Source: an uncultured Bryobacteraceae bacterium (GTDB lineage: Bacteria > Acidobacteriota > Terriglobia > Bryobacterales > Bryobacteraceae). From it: a stretch of DNA of 41,937 bases. The DNA is taken from contig CAXSIG010000001.1 in assembly GCA_964237255.1 (NCBI GenBank), forward strand, positions 1 through 41,937, in the 5' to 3' direction. Positions 35,122 to 41,937 of this stretch are shown here, piece after piece. The stretch's first letter is position 1; each line of letters opens with the position of its first letter. Below the pieces are notes generated by a model, which had not been told where the DNA came from, did no database searches, and saw nothing but the letters and a program-made list of their open reading frames with translations. The translations under genes and the position numbers were made by a program.

Positions 35122-35793
35122 ATGTGCGGCCGGATTATCCAAAGGACCTCGAGAGGTCTCATCATTCAAGACCTTGGAATGGAAGACGACGGTCTGCCTG
35201 ATTCACCACCTCGGTATAACGTTCCACCGGCCAGTTCCATCATGGCTGTTCGCTCAAACTTCGAAGGCGGAAATGAAATCGTCAATCTCCGTTGGGGCCT
35301 CATTCCTTCCTGGGCGAAGGAGGAGAAGATCGGCTGGAAGATGATAAACGCGCGGGCAGAAACGCTTCAGGAGAAGCCGTCGTTTCAGGATGCTCTTAGA
35401 AAACGCCGGTGTGTAATTCCGGTTGACGGATTTTACGAATGGAAGAAAACGGCGGAGGGAAAAACTCCGTACTTCATTCGGACTGCTGACGAGAAGTTGT
35501 TCTATCTGGCGGGCCTTTGGGAGAGCTGGAAATCTCCAGGCGGGGAAACCATCGAATCATGCACGATCGTTACAACTTGCGCATTCGGCGAACTCCTCTC
35601 CCTCCACGACCGAATGCCGGTCATTATTTCTCGTGAGCAAATAGCTTTGTGGCTCGATGCAACGATCCAGAATGTCTTAGAGGTTGAGCCGCTACTTCTA
35701 GTGTTTCCTGCGGACGAAATGAAAGCAACTCTTGTCAGCACTCTTGTAAACAGCCCGAAAAACGATAGCGTGAAGTGCCTTGAAGCAGCCTGA
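35122..35793 (+). CDS. yedK: SOS-response-associated peptidase (SRAP, YedK/HMCES-like)
   Basis: The N-terminus is MCGR (catalytic Cys2). Further motifs are NARAETL..KPSF and CVIPVDGFYEW. Confidence 0.85.
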   Translation: MCGRIIQRTSRGLIIQDLGMEDDGLPDSPPRYNVPPASSIMAVRSNFEGGNEIVNLRWGLIPSWAKEEKIGWKMINARAETLQEKPSFQDALRKRRCVIPVDGFYEWKKTAEGKTPYFIRTADEKLFYLAGLWESWKSPGGETIESCTIVTTCAFGELLSLHDRMPVIISREQIALWLDATIQNVLEVEPLLLVFPADEMKATLVSTLVNSPKNDSVKCLEAA

Positions 35794-35872
35794 GGGGTGG
35801 TTCTAAATTGTTGGCATTCGGTATCTCCGGCTTCAGACTAGACCAACACTTGTGCTTAGGATTTATATAAGA

Positions 35873-36072
35873 CGCGTAGGTATATATACCTACGCGGTCT
35901 TGGGACAAAGCCTGCATTGATGCCCTCCAACATGTTGACTTGTTTATCCGAACTCGGGACAACTCTCCTTGATCGTGCGTAGACATTGGTATATATACCA
36001 ATGTCTATGTAAGAATGGAACTGAGCTCTCAAACGGGGGCTTACGTTGGTATATATACGACGTAGCCCCCGT
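35873..36072. promoter_or_regulatory. three long palindromes sharing a GGTATATATAC(C) centre, upstream of abiEi
   Basis: The three lie at 35873-35896 (24 bp, perfect), 35980-36007 (28 bp, perfect) and 36033-36072 (imperfect). Confidence 0.6.
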
Positions 36073-36093
36073 GCTGGCGGGAAACAAGGGTTT

Positions 36094-36990
36094 ATGGCCG
36101 AATACCGAATTTCGAGAGCGGCGCGGGTTGCTGACGCAGAAAAAAAAATCGTTGACGCGCTGGATGCGACTGGCAAAAGAGTATTCAGCACCCAAGACCT
36201 TGTTAAGCTCTTTACTGAAAATCGTGAGGAGTGGTGGATCCTTGTGCCCGTTACGGCAAAAAAATTCATCAAGTATTTAGAAGATCACCTGAACTTGAAG
36301 AAGATCGTTCTTCAGGGCGAGACCCATACTCAGAAATTCCTCCGCTACCTCTGGAGAGACGTTTCACCGCTCGAAGTCGCGGGCGCAATCAGAGCAACTG
36401 CCTACCTGTGCCATTCAAGCGCTGTTTACATTCACGGCCTCACCGACCAACTTCCGCGGCGGTTATACGTTAACTACGAACAAAGCGTAAAGCCAAAGAG
36501 TGAGGGCGAGCTGCAACAGGCAAACCTGGACCGTGCATTTCGCGGCAAGCAGCGCCACTCAACTTTCGTCTTCGATTACGACGAGTATTCGATTGTTGTT
36601 CTTAGCGGGAAAAACACGAAGAATCTTGAAGTGCGCGTTCAGGCTTTGCCCGGAGGCGGATCGGTTCGAGTCACCGGCCTTGAAAGAACGCTCATCGATA
36701 TTACCGTTCGACCCACCTACGCAGGCGGTGTATTTCAGGTGCTTGAAGCGTTTCGAAGTGCGAAAGAACAAGCCTCGATTTCAACGCTTTTAGCGACCCT
36801 GAAAAAGCTCGACTACGTCTATCCCTATCACCAGGCGATCGGCTTCTACATGCAGCGGGCCGGGTATTCGGAAAAACAGTTTCAACGGTTAAAAGAGCTT
36901 GGAATGCAAGTAAAGTTTTACCTGGCCCATGACATGCGGGAAACCGAGTTTGATTCCACCTGGCAGCTATTCTTCCCAAAGGGAATGTAG
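36094..36990 (+). CDS. abiEi: AbiEi-like antitoxin/transcriptional regulator
   Basis: It has an N-terminal wHTH-like region. The C-terminal ...[17 protein letters not shown] pattern is typical of AbiEi. I place the start at ATG 36094; the ORF track gives 36046. Confidence 0.6.
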   Translation: MAEYRISRAARVADAEKKIVDALDATGKRVFSTQDLVKLFTENREEWWILVPVTAKKFIKYLEDHLNLKKIVLQGETHTQKFLRYLWRDVSPLEVAGAIRATAYLCHSSAVYIHGLTDQLPRRLYVNYEQSVKPKSEGELQQANLDRAFRGKQRHSTFVFDYDEYSIVVLSGKNTKNLEVRVQALPGGGSVRVTGLERTLIDITVRPTYAGGVFQVLEAFRSAKEQASISTLLATLKKLDYVYPYHQAIGFYMQRAGYSEKQFQRLKELGMQVKFYLAHDMRETEFDSTWQLFFPKGM

Positions 36991-37821
36991 AGGCTCGATC
37001 TCTCGAAGAACAAACTCGAAGTAGAAGTCGAACTCCTGAAGGTCCTGCTGCACAGTTGCTTGAACGTTCGGCCAGTCGGCTCGATGAAAGTCCCGCTGTT
37101 CATCAAGGTTTCCGAGGATAAATAGTGGGACCTCTTTTGCATCAAAGATCAAGCGGACAAGCTCACGGCTCTCCGGCGAATCGAACGTAAATCCGGCTGT
37201 TGTGACGATGTTGTAGATATCGAGGAAATCTCGCGCTCTTGCCCGTTTTGTATTCCCGGTAGGAGCGTAGTATTCGGTCTGCTGACAGATTGCTCGTACT
37301 TTTTCCAGGGCAATCATTGCCGGCGGATAAACGTAAATCGTGTATGCATCAAGCTCGGCTCGGACTTTTCCTTGCGTGTACTCATGTTTGCTGAAATCGA
37401 CCGTGAAGATTCTTTTCTGGTCTGGCCCAATCACTACCGCTTCGCGGCCGAGCCGAACTCGGTCCGAGCCGTAGGAGCGGTGAAGGGCTTGATTAATCAG
37501 CTTGAACTGAAGCTCGTAGCCGCCCCACCAAGATTTGATCTCGTCTCTCATCACGGAGGGCTTGGGTACGAGCTTTATGTCAAAGGGTTTAAGCTGAACG
37601 GTTTCAAACCGGCGAACAAGCGCGTGCTCCATTCGCTGCCTGGTCTCTTCGATATCCTGAAAATCGTCTTCAAGAGAGAAATCCACGTCCAGGGAGAATC
37701 GATCGCCGATCCGATGGACCAGGCTCATCGCGTTTCCACCCTTCAGAACAAGCTGATCGAAGAAGATGTCGTCGCTGAAAAGCGCGGTTATGGTTAAAAT
37801 TCTGACTTCTTCGAAATTCAT
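36967..37821 (-). CDS. abiEii: AbiEii/AbiGii-family nucleotidyltransferase toxin
   Basis: [28 protein letters not shown] place the start at ATG 37821 (MNFEEV); the ORF track gives 37863. Confidence 0.75.
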   Translation of the reverse strand: MNFEEVRILTITALFSDDIFFDQLVLKGGNAMSLVHRIGDRFSLDVDFSLEDDFQDIEETRQRMEHALVRRFETVQLKPFDIKLVPKPSVMRDEIKSWWGGYELQFKLINQALHRSYGSDRVRLGREAVVIGPDQKRIFTVDFSKHEYTQGKVRAELDAYTIYVYPPAMIALEKVRAICQQTEYYAPTGNTKRARARDFLDIYNIVTTAGFTFDSPESRELVRLIFDAKEVPLFILGNLDEQRDFHRADWPNVQATVQQDLQEFDFYFEFVLREIEPLHSLWEE

Positions 37822-38026
37822 CAGCAGGGAGCGAGATAAGGGTACCAAGCCCCTACATAGCATAGGAAAAGCTGGTTGAAAGGGCGTGCTGGTTCGGCGT
37901 GCGGAAAACGCAACGCAACGTTTCTGTCAGGCCACAGATTTCCTGGTCGAAACTTCATCCGGCGGCTCGACTCGGTTCCACGTATTCAAGAAACGCTCAA
38001 CGCCGTCAGCACGATATTGTGTCGTA

Positions 38027-39118
38027 ATGGCCAACCCAATACAGCTTACCCTGCTACGCCAAGGGGTTGAGGAATGGAACAAATGGAGAAAAGAGAAGTG
38101 GCGGTTGAATCTGAACCTTATCGAAGCCGATCTCAGCGGAGCTGATCTTAGTGCGGTAGACCTTAGTGAAGTACATCTAAGTGACGCAAACCTTCGGCGA
38201 GCAAGTTTTGCGGACGCCAACCTTGGCGAGGCGTGCTTAAACGGGGCAAACCTCGAAGGAGCAAATCTTCAAAGAGCAAATTGCTATTTATCGCATTTTG
38301 ATTTGGCCAGTCTAGCTGGGGCGAGCCTCTGTTATGCGGATTTGCGTAATGCGAACATACGCGGTGCTGATCTGTGTGGGGCAGATTTAAGCAGTTCGGA
38401 TCTCGACGATGCCGATTTCAGCAGAGCGAAGTTTGGCGAGACCACTTTGGTCGATGTGGATTTGAGCAAGGCTAAAGGATTGGAAACTTGTCAACATGTT
38501 GCGCCCTCGAGTATCGGCCTAGACACCTTCTTCCGATCCAAAGGCAAGATTCCGGATTGTTTTCTCCGAGGTTGTGGTGTTCCCGAACATTTCATCACCT
38601 ACTCGCGGTCACTGGTTAGCAACCCAATCGAGTTCTACTCCTGTTTCATTAGCTATAGCCATGCAGACAAGCCATTTGCCCGCCGGCTTCACGATACGCT
38701 TCAAGGCCGTGGTATACGCTGCTGGCTGGACGAAAAACAGCTTCTACCAGGCGATGATATTTATGAACAGGTGGACCACGGCATTCGACTCTGGGACAAA
38801 GTACTGCTCTGCTGTTCGGAGAAATCGCTGAACAGTTGGTGGGTAGATAACGAGATCGATAAGGCGTTTCAAAAAGAACAGATGCTTATGAGGGAGCGAC
38901 AAAGGAAGATTCTGGCACTCATTCCGCTTAACCTCGACGGCTATCTCTTGAAGGGATGGGAAAACGGCAAAGCGTCGCAGGTTCGCTCTCGCATGGCAGC
39001 CGATTTCCAAGGGTGGGATCAGAGCCACTCCCGATTCGAAGAGCAGGTAGATTGCGTTGTTCGGGCGCTTCGCTCTGATGTTGCTGCACGCGAGGTCCCG
39101 CCGACTTCGCGGCTTTAG
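38027..39118 (+). CDS. pentapeptide-repeat plus C-terminal TIR-domain protein
   Basis: The pentapeptide repeats read ADLSGADLSAVDLSEVHLSDANLRRASFADANLGEACLNGANLEGANL. The TIR domain reads FISYSHADKPFARRLHDTLQGRGIRCWLDE...VLLCCSEKSLNSWWVDNE. I place the start at ATG 38027. Confidence 0.8.
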   Translation: MANPIQLTLLRQGVEEWNKWRKEKWRLNLNLIEADLSGADLSAVDLSEVHLSDANLRRASFADANLGEACLNGANLEGANLQRANCYLSHFDLASLAGASLCYADLRNANIRGADLCGADLSSSDLDDADFSRAKFGETTLVDVDLSKAKGLETCQHVAPSSIGLDTFFRSKGKIPDCFLRGCGVPEHFITYSRSLVSNPIEFYSCFISYSHADKPFARRLHDTLQGRGIRCWLDEKQLLPGDDIYEQVDHGIRLWDKVLLCCSEKSLNSWWVDNEIDKAFQKEQMLMRERQRKILALIPLNLDGYLLKGWENGKASQVRSRMAADFQGWDQSHSRFEEQVDCVVRALRSDVAAREVPPTSRL

Positions 39119-39342
39119 GTGTTGAGAGGGACCGGGCACAAACGCTCATAGATCCTCATTCCTCGACAGAGATCTCCGTTATCTGGGCTGAAACAGAATT
39201 GCCCGTTCTGTTCCAAATCGCGCCGCGGCTTTAGTGACGTTGCGCAAAGGGTCCTTTGTGCAACAGGCTCTTATTGTCGTCGCGCGTCGCGCAAGCACCC
39301 GGTAATTTGTGTAGCATTGTTATCCGAAGGAAGCGTAAAAAA

Positions 39343-39936
39343 ATGAAGTGGAGCCCTCGCGAACTGGAAATGGAAGTGACGAAGATTCTAGTGGAGAATT
39401 TCAGAGAAAGCGTTCACTTGTACGAAAAGTGCATTCTTTGGGCGTTCGGAACGTCTGCTTCTTCAGTGCTGATTGTGATACAGATGCGTAGTCTGGGCGA
39501 CACGGCTATTCAGGGAGCTCACGTAGAGCTCTTGTTCAGCCAAATTGGGCTACACACCGCATGGCTCCTGACTTTGCCTATTTACTTCGTTCTCGGTTTG
39601 TATGCCATGTTCACGGTGGAGAAGGCCCACAACATCATTGAGCTTTTCGATCCGGACATCCGAACTGCCGTAAAATATTATCCGTCGTTCGCGACGGAGA
39701 AGAACAAATTATTTCGCTTGGGGGCACCAATCTTGGGAGTCGTGCTGATGCTCTCGTCGTTGATCTCGGAGTTTGTGCGTGAGGGGCTTCCGAAGTGGAG
39801 AGAAACATTCGGCTGGGCCGGAGGTTTCGTCGTAGCTTTTATCCTCTTTGCTCCGTACTCTGCGATTTGGTGGGAACTGCGGCAGCCACTTGGAGTCCGT
39901 CAGCAGCCAGCTACCGCCACTTTGCCGACGACATAG
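39343..39936 (+). CDS. multi-pass membrane protein (197 aa)
   Basis: ATG 39343 follows aaggaag. It has four hydrophobic segments. Confidence 0.55.
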   Translation: MKWSPRELEMEVTKILVENFRESVHLYEKCILWAFGTSASSVLIVIQMRSLGDTAIQGAHVELLFSQIGLHTAWLLTLPIYFVLGLYAMFTVEKAHNIIELFDPDIRTAVKYYPSFATEKNKLFRLGAPILGVVLMLSSLISEFVREGLPKWRETFGWAGGFVVAFILFAPYSAIWWELRQPLGVRQQPATATLPTT

Positions 39937-40137
39937 TCTCACGTGTTTGCACGCTCTTTAGCGTTCTGAACTACGGAGGGCGGTTTGTCATCGCGACCGG
40001 CAGCCGATGCGTGCCGGGCGGCGTTTCATAACGGTGTGGCCGCGTGGAACAGAATGGCTAATAGTGTTTCTGGATCTGGCATCGCCTGAATACGACGATG
40101 CTTGACACCATCGCCAGAAACGGCGATGTTTGGCCGC

Positions 40138-40834
40138 ATGGTGTATCCCGGAGGAAAAAGCGGCGCAGGCGTCTATCAGACCATCATCAATCTGATGCCC
40201 CCGCATGAGGTCTATATCGAGCCATTCTTGGGCGGGGGGGCGATCATGCGGCAGAAGCGGGCCCTCCGCCCTTAATATCGGCCTTGACCTCGATCTTGCC
40301 GTCATTCGCCAGTGGCAGGCCTGCACCGCCGGAAATGACGATGCAGCGGATCCCATCGCCGGAAATGACGATGACCGGCCCCCCGCCCGTGTTTCATTTA
40401 TTGCCAGCACCGCCAGAAACGGCGATGCATCACCATTCCAGTTCCAGCATGGCGATGGAGTGGCGTTTTTAAAGTCCTATTCGTTCACCGGGCCGGAGCT
40501 TGTCTACTGCGATCCGCCCTACATGCACGAAACACGCGGGCGCACGGACCTTTACCGTTTCGAGATGGACGACCGGCAGCACCGCGAACTTTTGCAGATC
40601 ATCCGGCGCTTGCCGTGCCGGGTGATGATTTCCGGCTACTGGACGGAAACCTATGCCGCCGCGCTGAAGGATTGGAACACGACCACCTTTCAAGCGATGA
40701 CCAGAGCGGGCAGGCCCGCCACTGAATGGCTTTGGTTCAATTTCCCGGAGCCGGTGGCGTTGCATGACTACCGATACCTTGGGGAAGATTTCAGGGAGCG
40801 CGAGCGCATCAAACGCAGCAGCAGTGCTGGGTAG
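40138..40834 (+). pseudogene. D12-class (Dam-like) N6-adenine DNA methyltransferase with an apparent +1 frameshift near 40255-40265
   Basis: The frame from ATG 40138 reads MVYPGGKSGAGVYQTIINLMPPHEVYIEPFLGGGAIMRQKR and stops at 40273. The next frame continues PSALNIGLDLD...VYCDPPYMHE... to 40834. Confidence 0.65.
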
Positions 40835-40837
40835 GTT

Positions 40838-40870
40838 GAACAGTTCGCATGAGAACTGTTTCAATTTCTA
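40838..40870 (+). terminator. possible terminator hairpin after the methyltransferase gene
   Basis: gaacagttc-gcatga-gaactgt(t)ttc forms 9 bp with one bulge. Only a weak U tract follows (aatttct). Confidence 0.3.
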
Positions 40871-40984
40871 TACTAGGAATTAGTTCATCCTCACGAACTC
40901 CGCGCCAACGAGCAGCTTGGCCCGAAGGGGCGCTGCCGCTTTTGAAACAGAATTAGGTATTCTGTTTCAGACGCCCAGCTTGGG

Positions 40985-41150
40985 CTGGTGATAAGCTTTC
41001 TCCGCTGCCGTCGCCCAGAGGGCCAACACGTTAACGCCTCGATATGCTTTCCGGGTGGCGGCATTCATCGGAATGGTCTGGCTTCGATGCCAAGGCAGTT
41101 CCCATTTGTCTGCTCCCTGTTCGATGGCTTTAACAATCTGGCCCGTGAAA
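40985..41150 (-). pseudogene. fragment of an ardC N-domain (about 165 bp, >90% identical by eye to ~32225-32390)
   Basis: It encodes IVKAIEQGADKWELPWHRSQTIPMNAATRKAYRGVNVLALWATAAEKAYH, with no start and no downstream domain. Confidence 0.75.
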
Positions 41151-41180
41151 ACACAATCGCGTGTATCGTGACTAGTCTGG

Positions 41181-41513
41181 CTATGCACCCCAAGTCCGTC
41201 CTGCCCAACCCGCGGCGGCCCCAAACAGCAGCCCCGTGATTATGATCGGACCATAAGCCTTGGTGATGATCGCATCGGGGAGGCTGATCAGCAGACCAAC
41301 AAGCGCGCCCGACAGTGCGGCGGGCCAAGGCAGTGTCACGTGGACGGCCAGAAAGCCAATCGCAAACCGGCTAAAGAAAGCTCCGGTTAAAGCCGTAGTC
41401 TTATCCGGAAACTTCATCGGGAGCATCAACAGCATATCCAGCAGGCCGACGCCCAAGCCGAGCAGAACGCCCAGTATGATTCGGTTCACAAAGGGATCGT
41501 AGCAAACCGGCAT
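41181..41513 (-). CDS. small integral membrane protein (110 aa)
   Basis: It has 3-4 hydrophobic helices (ILGVLLGLGVGLLDMLLML, AIGFLAVHV, LVGLLISL, IIITGLLFGAAAGW). Confidence 0.55.
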   Translation of the reverse strand: MPVCYDPFVNRIILGVLLGLGVGLLDMLLMLPMKFPDKTTALTGAFFSRFAIGFLAVHVTLPWPAALSGALVGLLISLPDAIITKAYGPIIITGLLFGAAAGWAGRTWGA

Positions 41514-41855
41514 CCCCTTGCCTCATATCACGGCTGGCATGCGTAGATTCCTTCTGGGGTCGGCATTGCGGAAATCTGCCATAACAAGCCGAGAGGGGCA
41601 AGGAACCGTTTTAGTAATTCTGTTCAATGGCTCTCGTCGAAAACGGCGATGGTGGATTCTGGCATCCGTCACAACTGGCGATGTCGGCCGGAAATTCGTA
41701 TCGCTGGAAACGGCGATGCTGCAGATGTGATCGTGCATCGCCGTTTCTGGGCGGTGCCAGCTCGAGGTTCCAGCTTTCCCCGATAGCGGCCAGCAATGCC
41801 CGCCGCTCTAACGTCGGCATGGTCTGAAGCCGGTTTACCCAACGCTGCTTTGGCT

Positions 41856-41882
41856 TTACACGGAAATCCGCCCCACCATGTT
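41856..41882 (-). pseudogene. last codons and stop of the split tyrosine-recombinase remnant (continuation of 54-199)
   Basis: The minus strand reads (N)MVGRISV-stop once 41882 is joined to 59 through a single ATGTT. Its length after LYDRR equals that of the intact integrase (14 aa). Confidence 0.65.
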
Positions 41883-41920
41883 GGGGACAGCTCAAGAAAG
41901 GGAAATTTACGTACGCTAAG
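41883..41920. mobile_element. Tn3-family-type 38-bp terminal inverted repeat; the GGGG outer end faces into the window and the transposon interior lies to the right
   Basis: Sequence is ggggacagctcaagaaagggaaatttacgtacgctaag, preceded by ATGTT (41878-41882). Confidence 0.75.
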
Positions 41921-41937
41921 GGACTGCGCGCCTCTAT

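Noticed and set aside
41611-41895. 94-aa minus-strand ORF starting inside the terminal IR
   Set aside because: Its 5' end is created by the IR insertion. Most of it is built from three copies of the 20-bp CATCGCC/GGCGATG motif, and it has no recognisable fold or family. The shorter ATG at 41820 (70 aa) cannot be excluded.

Overview
This 41.9-kb window reads as the backbone of a plasmid-like, mobilisable replicon of unknown host. GC is roughly 50% by eye, and I saw no rRNA, tRNA or CRISPR array.

Features from left to right:
- Both window ends carry a Tn3-family-type 38-bp inverted repeat and one half of a split tyrosine-recombinase remnant.
- A DUF5348-like protein and a tyrosine integrase form a coupled pair.
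- A defence-type cluster follows: a DUF4062/TIR-like protein, a 1225-aa STAND NTPase with a nuclease-like N-terminus, a divergent PD-(D/E)xK protein, and RhuM.
- Decayed gene fragments sit at about 9.6-10.1 kb.
- A ~1.4-1.7 kb ORF-free, hairpin-dense plus-strand segment ends in an intrinsic terminator. This is a candidate giant structured ncRNA and my top finding. A 227-aa unknown protein and a convergent HEPN-domain protein follow it.
- A translationally coupled RHH-rep-parA-parB operon has six iterons inside rep. Five copies of a 20-bp palindrome (parS-like) are dispersed across 6-18.5 kb.
- An M50 protease and a WG-repeat protein form a pair.
- A transfer module encodes a coupling-protein ATPase and two replication-relaxation-like proteins.
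- In a minus-strand block, genes alternate with two families of long, highly structured non-coding repeats. These genes include a frameshifted ArdC and a conserved plasmid protein.
- Next come an XRE regulator, a YedK-like SRAP, convergent AbiEi/AbiEii, and a pentapeptide-TIR protein.
- The right end is a GC-richer mosaic with a frameshifted D12-type adenine methyltransferase, an ardC fragment, and eight copies of a 20-bp motif.

Joining the two window ends through a single ATGTT restores a recombinase reading frame. The window is therefore either a circularly permuted replicon or a plasmid trapped between two transposon ends.

All family assignments come from motif recognition by eye, not from database searches.
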